Origin: an uncultured Alphaproteobacteria bacterium
Lineage (GTDB): Bacteria; Pseudomonadota; Alphaproteobacteria; RF32; CAG-239
Reading direction: 5' to 3'
NCBI GenBank assembly: GCA_944392155.1
Contig: CALXVR010000005.1
Location: 501-64,500 of the forward strand
DNA length: 64,000 bases
The position numbers were made by a program, and so were the translations under genes. The notes beneath the pieces are model-generated. The model did no database searches, was not told where the DNA came from, and saw only the letters and a program-made list of their open reading frames with translations. Shown piece by piece: positions 39,707 through 49,257 of the stretch (within the stretch, counting starts at the first letter, position 1; each line of letters starts with the position of its first letter).

Positions 39707-40249
39707 ATGAAGTTTGGCGGAAACGAAAAAGGAGCGACGATGGTCGAGGTAATCATGACGCTTGGCGTTATAGGCGCGTTAGGTGTTGGTATAGCTACGC
39801 TTGTAACTTCTATGTATGATAGATATCGTGTTAGCCGTATAGGAGCGCAGATAGAAGAGCTCAAAAAGACAATCAATAATCGTTATGTCGCAGATGGTCA
39901 ATATACCGATATATCCATAGCAACGCTTATAGATGAAGAAATAGCTCCCAAAGATATGGTAAATAACAAAAAATTATCCCACGCATATAAAGGCGAGGTG
40001 ACATTAAAAGGAAGCGCGGACAGCTATGAGATAACTTTTTCTGACTTACCTCAAAGAATTTGCGTGGAATTAGGTATAATGAATTGGACTGTTGATAATA
40101 CATCAGACTTAGTTAGCTTAGATATAAACGGCAAAGATTTTGAATGGCCTTGGGTGACCGGAAGCTATAAATTACCGGCACAAATGGCAGATGTTTCCGT
40201 TGCGTGCAAAAGCGGCAGCGCCAACATAATAAAATGGACCTTTCAGTAG
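39707..40249 (+). CDS. Type IV (IVb/PilS-like) prepilin
   Basis: KG|ATMVEVIMTLGVIG class III signal; ITFSDLPQRICVELG; C-terminal Cys pair. Confidence 0.75.
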   Translation: MKFGGNEKGATMVEVIMTLGVIGALGVGIATLVTSMYDRYRVSRIGAQIEELKKTINNRYVADGQYTDISIATLIDEEIAPKDMVNNKKLSHAYKGEVTLKGSADSYEITFSDLPQRICVELGIMNWTVDNTSDLVSLDINGKDFEWPWVTGSYKLPAQMADVSVACKSGSANIIKWTFQ

Positions 40250-40261
40250 CGGAGAGCAAAA

Positions 40262-40684
40262 GTGATAAAAATTAATGATGTTAATAAAACAGGGGATTTA
40301 AATAATGCCGCTAAAACTAAAAAAGCCAGCGGCGGAGAAAGCTTTTCCTTATACCTGAAAGAGACGATGAAGCCGGCATCCAATCCTGTGGGCGGCACAA
40401 CGGGAATAGCCGTTGCCGATGCTATTTTTGCCGCGCAAATGGTTGACGGTGAAGAAGAAAAAGCAAAGCGTAAACAAATGCTCAAAAGGGGCAACACGTT
40501 GCTTGAAAAGCTTGAAGAAATAAGGGATGGTTTGCTTGTGGGGTATATTTCTAAGGATAAATTGATAGAAATATCCCGCTACGTAAAAGAAACAAAAATC
40601 AACACCGCAGATGAAAGATTAGCGGAATTAATCGGCGAAATCGAGCTGCGGGTGGAGGTTGAGCTCGCAAAACTGATGAAATAA
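40262..40684 (+). CDS. fliX: Flagellar trans-acting factor FliX
   Basis: RGNTLLEKLEEIRDGLLVG...EIELRVEVELAKL; fliX-dksA order. Confidence 0.9.
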   Translation: MIKINDVNKTGDLNNAAKTKKASGGESFSLYLKETMKPASNPVGGTTGIAVADAIFAAQMVDGEEEKAKRKQMLKRGNTLLEKLEEIRDGLLVGYISKDKLIEISRYVKETKINTADERLAELIGEIELRVEVELAKLMK

Positions 40685-40791
40685 CTGTGGCTTATTCGTT
40701 TTTTTGCTTGCAGTTAATAATTGAAGTCTGTATTTTGCTTGCTATATAAAGAACCTCGCTAATAAACACAAATAATCCAAGGAGACTGAAA

Positions 40792-41217
40792 ATGGATAGC
40801 GAAATCATTCTTCCTCCCGACTATAAACCTTCAGCCGATGAAGAGTATATGAACGAATATCAGATAGAGTATTTTCGTCAGAAACTTTTGAGCTGGAAAA
40901 AATCTCTTTTGGAACAATCCAAAGACACATTGGAAGACTTGCGTCAAGGAGGCTTAAACCAACCGGATCAGCTGGACAGAGCATCTCTGGAAACGGACAA
41001 AGCTCTGGACTTGCGCACCAAAGACCGCGCTCGTAAGTTGATTTCCAAAATCAATGATGCCTTAAAGCGCATTGAAGACGGTGTCTATGGTTATTGTGAA
41101 GAAACCGGTGAGCCGATTGGTATTGAACGTTTGGAAGCTCGTCCGGTAGCCACACTTTCAATTGAGGCTCAGGAACGCCACGAAAGAATGGAAAAAACTT
41201 ACGACGACGAAGCCTAA
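40792..41217 (+). CDS. dksA: RNA polymerase-binding protein DksA
   Basis: PDQLDRAS, YGYCEETGEPIGIERLEARPVATLSIEAQE. Confidence 0.96.
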   Translation: MDSEIILPPDYKPSADEEYMNEYQIEYFRQKLLSWKKSLLEQSKDTLEDLRQGGLNQPDQLDRASLETDKALDLRTKDRARKLISKINDALKRIEDGVYGYCEETGEPIGIERLEARPVATLSIEAQERHERMEKTYDDEA

Positions 41218-41220
41218 GCA

Positions 41221-41799
41221 ATGATACAGCCGCAAGAAAAAGACTTCATTCTGGCTTCGGGCTCTCCGCAACGCCGCGAACTTTTGGCACAAATGGGCTT
41301 TCTGCCCAAGCAAATTCGTCCGGCAGACATTGATGAGAGCGAAAAAAAATATGAGACGGCCACAGCTTATGTAAAGCGGATGGCCTTAGAAAAAGCCCGC
41401 CGTATTGCCGGGCTTTTTCCGCAAGAAAATATCTTGGCTTGCGACACGGTTGTTGTTGTCGGTACTGCCATTTTGCACAAGGCTCATAGCGAAGAAGAAC
41501 AAACCAAGGTTATGGAAAAACTCTCGGGCAAGGCGCATCGGGTCATCAGCTCCGTTTGCGTCATAGCCAAGGATGGAAGAGTTGCTCAGCGCACCGTTTC
41601 AACGCGGATTTTGATGAAAAAGCTCACCCAAACAGAGATTAAGGCTTATGTCGAAAGCCACAATTGGGAAGGAGCTTGCGGTTATAAAATTGAAGATATG
41701 GACTGCTATGTCAAAAAGATAATCGGTTCTTATTCCGGTGTTATCGGTTTGCCGTTATATGAAACCAGAAACTTGTTGAATGGGATTGGTATAAAATGA
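41221..41799 (+). CDS. maf: Maf-family nucleotide pyrophosphatase
   Basis: ILASGSPQRRELL, LACDTVV, GSYSGVIGLPL. Confidence 0.9.
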   Translation: MIQPQEKDFILASGSPQRRELLAQMGFLPKQIRPADIDESEKKYETATAYVKRMALEKARRIAGLFPQENILACDTVVVVGTAILHKAHSEEEQTKVMEKLSGKAHRVISSVCVIAKDGRVAQRTVSTRILMKKLTQTEIKAYVESHNWEGACGYKIEDMDCYVKKIIGSYSGVIGLPLYETRNLLNGIGIK

Positions 41800-42965
41800 A
41801 TACAGATGTAATCGTTTATGAAAAAAAGAATAATCTGACCCGTATTGCCATGCTTGGTGCAGGCGAGTTGCAAGAGATTGAGTTTGTCAAAGAAAATCAG
41901 GCCGCAGAAGGCAACATCTATCTGGGTAAGATAACTCATAAGCTGGATTTGGCGCATGATAAGGTCGGCTTTTTTGTAGATATTGCCGATGGTAAAGATG
42001 CCTTTCTGAATGCTGAGGAAGCAGGACTGAATGAAGCCAATATGACGGAAGGCCAAAGTCTGGTTGTTCAGGTCGCGCAAGAACAACGCGCCGAGAAGGG
42101 AGCAAAGGTTGTTCGTTCCATTCAGATTGTCGGTCCGCATTTGGTCTATTGTCCCTATCGTTTGCATGTAGATGCCTCACCGCGCATTGAAGATAAGGAA
42201 AAGCTGGCGGAATATAAGGAAAAAGTTATTGAGAACACAACCGGACAGGAAGGTTGGATTCTGCGCACTTCTTCGGTAGAAGTTCCGTTCGAGATTTTAG
42301 CCGAGGAGATGAAAAGCCTGCGTGAGATTTATGAAAATGTCCGCATCAAAGCCCGCAACGCCAAGGCTCCGGCTTTACTATATGCCAAAGCAGATCCTCT
42401 GGCGGAATATATTATGCGCTCTCAGCCGGCTTTGACCAAAGTTGTAGTGAACAATCATAATGTTGAAAACGAGCTGAAAGAAGCTTTTAAAGGCGAATTT
42501 GCTGTAGAATATATGGCGGAGCCTTTTGCTGAATATGGTTTGGAAGAGGCGATTTCTGAGGCCTTGCAAAAGACGGTTCGCTTAAAGAGCGGCGGTCGCA
42601 TTCATATTGAGGAGACCAGAGCTTGCGTTGCCATAGATGTAGACAGCGGCGATGACAAGTCTAACGGCTCCATCACAAGATTAAATTCTGAGGCAGCGGT
42701 AGAAATTGCACGCCAGATTCGCCTGCGCAACTTATCGGGCAAGATTATTGTAGATTTTGCCGGCTCCTCGGAATACAAGTTTTTGAAGCCGGTTATTGAG
42801 GAACTGGAAAATGCTTTGGCGGAAGACCCGCATCGCGCAAGGGTTTTGGGCTTGAGCCGTGGCGGCAATGTAGAGATTCAGCGCGTTCGTCGTCGTCCGA
42901 CCCTTTCGGATGTCTTGACCACCGAATGTGAAACTTGTCAGGGCACAGGGAGGGTTGCCAAATGA
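41796..42965 (+). CDS. rng: Ribonuclease E/G family protein (short form)
   Basis: GNIYLGKI S1 domain, AIDVDSG, EIARQIRLRNLSGKIIVDF, CETCQGTG. Confidence 0.88.
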   Translation: MNTDVIVYEKKNNLTRIAMLGAGELQEIEFVKENQAAEGNIYLGKITHKLDLAHDKVGFFVDIADGKDAFLNAEEAGLNEANMTEGQSLVVQVAQEQRAEKGAKVVRSIQIVGPHLVYCPYRLHVDASPRIEDKEKLAEYKEKVIENTTGQEGWILRTSSVEVPFEILAEEMKSLREIYENVRIKARNAKAPALLYAKADPLAEYIMRSQPALTKVVVNNHNVENELKEAFKGEFAVEYMAEPFAEYGLEEAISEALQKTVRLKSGGRIHIEETRACVAIDVDSGDDKSNGSITRLNSEAAVEIARQIRLRNLSGKIIVDFAGSSEYKFLKPVIEELENALAEDPHRARVLGLSRGGNVEIQRVRRRPTLSDVLTTECETCQGTGRVAK

Positions 42966-43177
42966 GCGAAGTCATAAAAACTTATCGCTGCCCCATATGC
43001 AAAAAAATCGCTCCTGCGGGAAAATATAAACCCTTTTGCTCCAAACGCTGTGCAGACATAGACTTAGGTAATTGGTTTAATGAGAGTTACCGCATTCCGG
43101 CAGAGGAGCTGGACGAAGAGGACTATGAGGAGCTTGAAAAAGAGCTTGAAAAACAAAAAGCAGATAAGGAAGAATAA
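42962..43177 (+). CDS. yacG: DNA gyrase inhibitor YacG
   Basis: CPICKK...PFCSKRCADIDLGNWFNESYRIP; ATGA overlap with rng. Confidence 0.93.
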   Translation: MSEVIKTYRCPICKKIAPAGKYKPFCSKRCADIDLGNWFNESYRIPAEELDEEDYEELEKELEKQKADKEE

Positions 43178-43211
43178 CAAAGACCCCTCGCATAACCGCG
43201 AGGGGTTTGGG

Positions 43212-43877
43212 TTATAGTAAATCGTAAATGTTTTTTTTGCTCTTAAGTATATTTCGTATCTCATTAATATCGCCATCAGAACAAAATCCTTGATTTATTA
43301 GAGCATCTAAAACTCTATTATCAGTTTTTTTTGTGTCAGCATATTTAATGGCACGGGCAAAATAAACATAATTAGACTTATTTTGTTCTCCGATTAAAAT
43401 TTCATCAGATGGAATCATCATAATAATTTCGGGTTGGTCAGTAGCAATAGCAAGATCTGTTATTGTCATTCCCTTAGCTAAGACATCAAGATTAGCTCCT
43501 TTTCCTATCAAAAATTTGGCAATTTCAGGTTTTTTAATGAATATGGCCAACTGGAGCGGCGTATTTCCGCCATGGAGCGGACTATCAATATCAATATTGT
43601 TTTTTAAGAAAAAATCTATGACTTCAATCGGGTTTGGCGCATTAATTAAAGCTGCTTCAAAATGGTTAGTTTTATAATAAAAATCACTTTTAGTAATATT
43701 CATTGGATTATAACCATTTTCTAGCATATCAGACATTGTTTGAATGTCGCCGTTATCTGCGGCTTGATTAAATTTCCACCAAGACCAATAAGAAATGTTA
43801 AAAACAAGATTAGCCAAAAGCCAAACAATAAAACAGCCGCCCAGAATAAGTCCGAAATATTTGAAAAACTTTTTCAT
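43212..43877 (-). CDS. Ankyrin-repeat protein with an N-terminal anchor
   Basis: GNTPLQLAI...AKFLIGKGANLD, GMTITDLAI; AT-rich sequence. Confidence 0.8.
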   Translation of the reverse strand: MKKFFKYFGLILGGCFIVWLLANLVFNISYWSWWKFNQAADNGDIQTMSDMLENGYNPMNITKSDFYYKTNHFEAALINAPNPIEVIDFFLKNNIDIDSPLHGGNTPLQLAIFIKKPEIAKFLIGKGANLDVLAKGMTITDLAIATDQPEIIMMIPSDEILIGEQNKSNYVYFARAIKYADTKKTDNRVLDALINQGFCSDGDINEIRNILKSKKNIYDLL

Positions 43878-43939
43878 AGAAGATACTCCGTCATCTCAAA
43901 GATAGCTGTATTTTAGCCAAATCAAGATAATATTTGGTT

Positions 43940-43968
43940 AAAAAAACCGCCTGATAAAGGCGGTTTTT
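43940..43968 (-). terminator. Terminator after ftsI
   Basis: AAAAACCGCC-loop-GGCGGTTTTT hairpin. Confidence 0.75.
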
Positions 43969-44047
43969 AAATACACTAAGAGCAAGTGACAAAAGAACAA
44001 TATCAAAAATTTTTCAAATTGTCAAGGATTATATTCCTAAAATATCC

Positions 44048-45796
44048 TTACCTTCCGTAAGAAGCCTCAATAATTCGATTCCGTCTTTGTTCATCAAGGT
44101 CATAATTCGCCTTAATATTCAGTTGAGGTGCGATGGTTGAAATAATCTTTCCGGCAGTCGGAACCGTGTTCCAACCGGAAGTAACAAAGCCCCAAGTATC
44201 TTTGGTTGCTTTAGGTTCGTCCATCATCAGGAATAAGGCATATTGCGGGTTTGAGGCCGGAAAAGTAGCCAAGAAAGAGGTCATAACTTTTTTGTTGATA
44301 TATTTGCCGTCTACCAGCTTGTTGGCTGTTCCGGTCTTGCCTGCGACCTCATAGCCCAAAACATTGGCGCGTTTGCCGGAACCTTCCACAACAACGCCGC
44401 GAAGCAATTGGCGCATTTCTTTAGATGTGTTGAAGGAAACGACACGATGGCTGGCTGTATTCTTATTGTCCTTTATAAGTGTCGGTTCATGATAAATTCC
44501 GCCGTTGATAACACCGGCAAAAGCGCTGACTAAGTGCAACGGCGTAATTGAGATACCGTAGCCGTACCCGATGGTCGCAGTTGTTTCTTCGCCCCAGCGT
44601 TTGGGCACCAAAGGATAGCCTTTTTCCGCCACTTCAATGCTTTTGATTGGTTCAAAGAAACCAAGATTTTTTAGAAAGTTTTGTTGCTCTTTTTTGCCGA
44701 CTTTCAAGGCAATTTGCGCCGAGCCGATATTAGAGGAGTAAATCAAGACTTCTTGCAAAGTCAGCCACCGATTTTCGCCGCGATAATCCTTGATGGTGTT
44801 GTAGCGGAGTTTTAAGGGCTTGGTTGCGTCAAAACTGTCAGCCATTTTAACTTTTCCGCTTTCCAGACCAAGGGCGGCATTAAAAATCTTCAAAACCGAC
44901 CCCGGTTCATAAACGCCTTTTGTCGCAAAATTAAATTGTGCGCGCGGTGTTTTATAATTATTAAGGTTCGGGTCATAGTCCGGCAGGGAAATCATAGAGA
45001 TAATTTCACCATTCTTAACATCCATCAGGATGGCGGCGGCACCGTCTGCGCTGAATTTTTCAACGGCGACGGCAAGTTCGTTGCGAATAGTGTCCTGAAT
45101 ACCGGCATCAATGGTCAGCTGCAACGGAATATCAGATTCTGTTAGGCGTTCGTCAAGTTTCTTTTCAAGACCGGATATTCCCTTGTTGTCAATGTTTGTG
45201 TTGCCCAAGATATGAGCAAAGAGGTTTTTGTGCGGGTAAATACGTTTTTCGCCGTCTTCAAAATCCAACCCCGGAATACCCAAATAATTGATTTGATATT
45301 GTTGCGAAGGGGAAAGGTTGCGTTTGATATAAACAAAACTGCCTCTGCGTTGGAGCTTTGATAAAATATCCTCATAGCGCATATCAGGAAAAATCCGGCT
45401 CAATTCAGCGGCGGCTTTTTTTGCGTTCAGAATTTTTTTAGGATTGGCATAAAGGTTAACAGTAGGGAGAGAGGTTGCAATGATTGTGCCGTTGCGGTCA
45501 AGAATATCAGCGCGTTTAATGGGGTTTGCGGCATAGGCGCGAATAGTATCGGCTTCCTCGGCAGTTTGGGTTTCTGTGTTGTTGGGTGTAATGCATACAT
45601 TGAATAATCTAACGCCGATAACCGCATACACCAACAAAAACATCAGGGTTGCAAAAGCGACGCGATTCTTGCAGGTGGAAAGAGGGTCTTTCTCACAAGT
45701 ATAATTATTAAAAGAAAAACTCTTATCAATCTTAATTTCCTGACCTGGAAGATAAAAATTCTTCTCCTCGCGGCCGGAAAAATACTTTCCCCACAT
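44048..45796 (-). CDS. ftsI: Septal transpeptidase FtsI (PBP3)
   Basis: RADILDRNG; SxxK (GSVLK), SxN (SSN) and KTG motifs; follows ftsL. Confidence 0.93.
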   Translation of the reverse strand: MWGKYFSGREEKNFYLPGQEIKIDKSFSFNNYTCEKDPLSTCKNRVAFATLMFLLVYAVIGVRLFNVCITPNNTETQTAEEADTIRAYAANPIKRADILDRNGTIIATSLPTVNLYANPKKILNAKKAAAELSRIFPDMRYEDILSKLQRRGSFVYIKRNLSPSQQYQINYLGIPGLDFEDGEKRIYPHKNLFAHILGNTNIDNKGISGLEKKLDERLTESDIPLQLTIDAGIQDTIRNELAVAVEKFSADGAAAILMDVKNGEIISMISLPDYDPNLNNYKTPRAQFNFATKGVYEPGSVLKIFNAALGLESGKVKMADSFDATKPLKLRYNTIKDYRGENRWLTLQEVLIYSSNIGSAQIALKVGKKEQQNFLKNLGFFEPIKSIEVAEKGYPLVPKRWGEETTATIGYGYGISITPLHLVSAFAGVINGGIYHEPTLIKDNKNTASHRVVSFNTSKEMRQLLRGVVVEGSGKRANVLGYEVAGKTGTANKLVDGKYINKKVMTSFLATFPASNPQYALFLMMDEPKATKDTWGFVTSGWNTVPTAGKIISTIAPQLNIKANYDLDEQRRNRIIEASYGR

Positions 45797-45825
45797 ATTC
45801 TCGCTTCTGCCTTACTATAATTTAA

Positions 45826-46212
45826 TTATCGTTGAGCCTTGACCAGACGTTTAAGTTGTCTGTTTTTCTCAGCCTGATTACTGATATTTTGACGAGCCAA
45901 CAGCTTTCTACCTGATTCGCCCGATTCATAATTAAATGGTAACGCAGAATAGTTAATAATTTGTTCAGCCTTGAGCTGATTTAGCGCAATATGTTTGGTT
46001 GCCAAAGAACGAAGTCTTGCCGGATTATTCAAATGGCTCCATTCTGCTTTAAGAATATGAATAGTTTTAACGTCCTCTTGGATGTTGTGATTAATGCTGG
46101 CAAGTTCTTTTTCCAGATTCTGTACCTGATTCTTCATCACGAACATTCCGAACCCGACCAAGCATGTAAGGGCAACCCAAAGTCCTAACGTTGCTGTTTT
46201 TGTACTATTCAT
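45826..46212 (-). CDS. ftsL: Cell division protein FtsL
   Basis: TM helix, coiled coil, LKAEWSHLNNPARL. Confidence 0.88.
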   Translation of the reverse strand: MNSTKTATLGLWVALTCLVGFGMFVMKNQVQNLEKELASINHNIQEDVKTIHILKAEWSHLNNPARLRSLATKHIALNQLKAEQIINYSALPFNYESGESGRKLLARQNISNQAEKNRQLKRLVKAQR

Positions 46213-46246
46213 TATCGCATTCCTTTCCTAGGTAAGCGGGTTAAAA

Positions 46247-47167
46247 TTACTTTTTGACGGCGCAGCGCAATTTTGCCGAACGAGCTCTTTTATTGCTTTC
46301 CGTCTCTTCTGGACTTGGAGCAATCGCTTTAGAGCATTCAGCGAGGCATGCGCTGTCATCTTTGGGCAAAACCTCCGGCATATAGCGTGATACACCGGCA
46401 TTTTTGCCGCTTTGTTCTTTGAAAAAGCATTTGACAATCCTGTCTTCCAATGAGTGGAATGTAACCACGACCAAGCGGCCGCGAGAGGAAAGAAGGTCAA
46501 CGGCGCCTTTCAAACCGTTTTCGAGCTCCTCCAGCTCATTATTGACCACAATCCGCAGAGCCTGAAAAGTTCTGGTTGCCGGATCAATACTGTTGTTTGG
46601 GGTTTTATGAATAACTTTGTAGATAATTTCGGCCAATTCTTTAGTGGTTTCAATCGGTTTAAGACGGCGGTATTCCGCGATTTTTGCCGCAATCTGACGA
46701 GATTTGCGCTCTTCGCCGTATTTATAAATCAAATCTGCCAATTCTTTTTCATCTGTTTCGTTGACAATATCTGCGGCAGTACGACCGGAGCAGGACATCC
46801 GCATATCAAGCGGCGCATCTTTGGCAAAAGAGAAGCCTCTTTGTGCCTCATCCAACTGCATGGATGATACGCCGATATCAAAAACCGCACCGTTAATCGG
46901 CTGAGCAATAAGGTCTTTGATATTGCCGAAAGTTCCTTGCCTAAACTCAAAGCGAGAGCCGAATTTTTGTTTGAGCTCTTCAACTCTGGGCAAAACCGTC
47001 GGGTCGCGGTCAATAGCGATAACTTTGCAATCGGCGGAGTTCAAAATAGCCTCGGTATAACCGCCGTTGCCAAAAGTTGCGTCAACATAAACCTCACCGT
47101 CTTTGGGAGACAGATATTCCAAAACTTCTTTCAGCATAACCGGAATATGTTTGGGCTGACTGTTCAT
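46247..47167 (-). CDS. rsmH: 16S rRNA m4C1402 methyltransferase
   Basis: HIPVML, DATFGNGGY, DIGVSSMQLD, TFHSLEDR. Confidence 0.96.
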   Translation of the reverse strand: MNSQPKHIPVMLKEVLEYLSPKDGEVYVDATFGNGGYTEAILNSADCKVIAIDRDPTVLPRVEELKQKFGSRFEFRQGTFGNIKDLIAQPINGAVFDIGVSSMQLDEAQRGFSFAKDAPLDMRMSCSGRTAADIVNETDEKELADLIYKYGEERKSRQIAAKIAEYRRLKPIETTKELAEIIYKVIHKTPNNSIDPATRTFQALRIVVNNELEELENGLKGAVDLLSSRGRLVVVTFHSLEDRIVKCFFKEQSGKNAGVSRYMPEVLPKDDSACLAECSKAIAPSPEETESNKRARSAKLRCAVKK

Positions 47168-47634
47168 TATTCGCCCTCCGTCTTGCGAGTGAGGGTCGGT
47201 CTGTTTTTCAAGACCTCAGCCCGAATGCGTGCTTCTTCTTTTTCCCAGTTTTCAGGGTTCCAAATCTGGAATTTGCGTCCTTTGCCGACAAAAACGGCTG
47301 TATCGGTGATGTTGGCGTGTTTAAGAAGCTTTTCGGTGAGCATAATGCGTCCGGTTGAATCGAAGGTAAATCTTTTGGCATCACCGAAAATAAGGTTTGT
47401 AAGGTTATCTTGGGTTTCGGAGAAAAAGTCCGTAGCGTTTTCAATCTCTGTGGCAAGCTTGTCCAAAAGTTCTTCGGTGCAGCCCTCAATGCAGGGAGCG
47501 GTAAGACTGCGGTAGCAAACAATCTCGGTTGATAATTCTTTAACGATTGCGCGATAGTCTGAAGGCAAGGAAACGCGCCCCTTGGCGTCCACCTTGTTAA
47601 AAATCGTATCCATAAAGAGAAAAGTTTTTCTCAA
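47167..47634 (-). CDS. mraZ: Division/cell wall cluster repressor MraZ
   Basis: NKVDAKGRVSLP, FDSTGRIML, FQIWNP; TTG start with a GAAGGA RBS. Confidence 0.93.
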   Translation of the reverse strand: MRKTFLFMDTIFNKVDAKGRVSLPSDYRAIVKELSTEIVCYRSLTAPCIEGCTEELLDKLATEIENATDFFSETQDNLTNLIFGDAKRFTFDSTGRIMLTEKLLKHANITDTAVFVGKGRKFQIWNPENWEKEEARIRAEVLKNRPTLTRKTEGE

Positions 47635-47670
47635 TTTTAGAATCCTTCAAACGCATTAACCCTATACCTT

Positions 47671-47705
47671 ATGGTATATCATGGGTTTTTATGGGTTTCA
47701 ATGGG
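47671..47705. promoter_or_regulatory. Putative MraZ operator: four ATGG(G) boxes at a 10-bp period
   Basis: atggtatatc atgggttttt atgggtttca atggg, starting 37 nt upstream of mraZ. Confidence 0.7.
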
Positions 47706-47980
47706 AAAATTTAGTATTTTGTTAACTGTTCATGTTTTGTTCTGAATAAAGTTATTGCGATTCTCGCCAATCTGGCTCTGGGCTTGGTGTAAGAAAAAAT
47801 AATTTTTTGGGGATAAAAAATAACATTTTTTTAGCCCTTGTTTAAATCTAGATTTCTGTTTATTTTGTCTATTTACACCCCTTGGAAAATATGATATTCT
47901 GATAACTGTTAAAATATTAAATGTATCTTGCTTGAGGATGGGCTCTTGAGTGTAGATGAATTAAACGCCCGATTATTAGT

Positions 47981-48727
47981 ATGGAAAATTTTAATAAGGT
48001 ATTCCGCACTGCGGACAACGTGGTATTTACTAGAGTTAGTGCTAAAGAAGCAGAGACATTTGTAGGAAACTACATAACAGCGATTGACGGAAAAGCCATC
48101 GCTGTTGTGGACGGAAAAGAAGTAGAAATGCCGAAATCATTATTTAATGAGATAGGTGTGCAGTATTTCTTTGTGGACTACAAAGAGCACGGCAAAAAGA
48201 TGCTGCGAAAACACGGTGTCTATGCGGCTGTAAAAACGGAGAAAATCCGCGTGTGGCGGAATGTAAAGCCGGGAGAAAAGCTGACGACTGTGATTGATGG
48301 TTATGTTGAGCACGAAATAGAGCTTGATGAAACCAAGGTTGCCGCTCAAAACGTCATAAAGAATGAGTATTATGCCATTCCCAAAGACGTGCTGGCAAAA
48401 AAATATGAGTTCTCCCATTCAGAGTTTGACTACGACGTATATGTTCCGAAAGGAAATGTAACGTCATATTGGGTCTACTCCGATGTAAACACCTTCGGAG
48501 TGCTCTGGGGTGGACTTGAATTTTTAACCACGCCAATGATAAATATTACAGACTTAAACGACGTTTATGGTTGTAATTATATTGTTTGGTGGGGAAATGA
48601 TGGGAAGCTGGCCTCTTATAAAGTTCTGGGCTACTTCTCGGCAGAAAAATCAGAATTTTATGACGACCAGATGGGCAAACCCAAATCGGTCGCTCAAACA
48701 ACATTCCAGCCGCCACGCGTTGCATAA
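47981..48727 (+). CDS. Hypothetical protein (248 aa), possibly PGDYG-like
   Basis: VKPGEKLTTVIDG...NEYYAIPKDVLAKKYE pattern; followed by a terminator at 48751-48780. Confidence 0.6.
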   Translation: MENFNKVFRTADNVVFTRVSAKEAETFVGNYITAIDGKAIAVVDGKEVEMPKSLFNEIGVQYFFVDYKEHGKKMLRKHGVYAAVKTEKIRVWRNVKPGEKLTTVIDGYVEHEIELDETKVAAQNVIKNEYYAIPKDVLAKKYEFSHSEFDYDVYVPKGNVTSYWVYSDVNTFGVLWGGLEFLTTPMINITDLNDVYGCNYIVWWGNDGKLASYKVLGYFSAEKSEFYDDQMGKPKSVAQTTFQPPRVA

Positions 48728-48849
48728 TGCAAGTGGTTGGAATCACAAAGAAGGGCTCTCGGGAGAGAGCTCTTTTTTTTGTTAAAATTGCTCAATCTTT
48801 TCATAAAGCACTTGCAATAATTTTGAGCTGCGTTTAATCTACCAAGAAC

Positions 48850-49226
48850 AGGCGACCGGATAGCTGCTTTGCGGAAAGGAAAATCCGCCAAAGAGGAAAG
48901 TCCGGGCTTCAAGGAAACAAGATACCGGATAACGTCCGGCCGGAGAAATCCGAGGGAAAGTGCCGCAGAAATATACCGCCTTTTTTTGAAAGGTAAGGTT
49001 GAAAAGGCGAGGTAAGAGCTCACCGCAAAATCGGCAACGGTTTTGGCAAGGTAAACCCTATCTGAAGCAAGACCAAGTTAGGAGGGCTGAGGCTTTATGT
49101 CTTGGTTATACGGAGGGTTTCCACTCCGCTCCAGAGGTAGGTCGCGTTGAGCCGCATAGTAATATTCGGCCAAGATGAATAGCTATCGCGCCGCAAGGCG
49201 TACAGAACCCGGCTTATAGGTCGCCT
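48850..49226 (+). ncRNA. rnpB: RNase P RNA (type A)
   Basis: GAGGAAAGTCCGGGC, GGAAAGTGCC-CAGAAA, GGTAAACCC, GAGCAAG-like segment, ACAGAACCCGGCTTA; P1 AGGCGACC/GGTCGCCT. Confidence 0.96.
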
Positions 49227-49257
49227 AAAAAGTTTTTTTGTTCATAAGGAGTTGCAT

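Noticed and set aside
40792-41217. DksA with only one zinc-finger Cys
   Set aside because: Normal for alphaproteobacterial DksA
41221-41799. Maf as another pseudoenzyme (KAG motif reads GACG)
   Set aside because: The catalytic Asp (CDT) and the N-terminal SPxR motif are retained; evidence too weak
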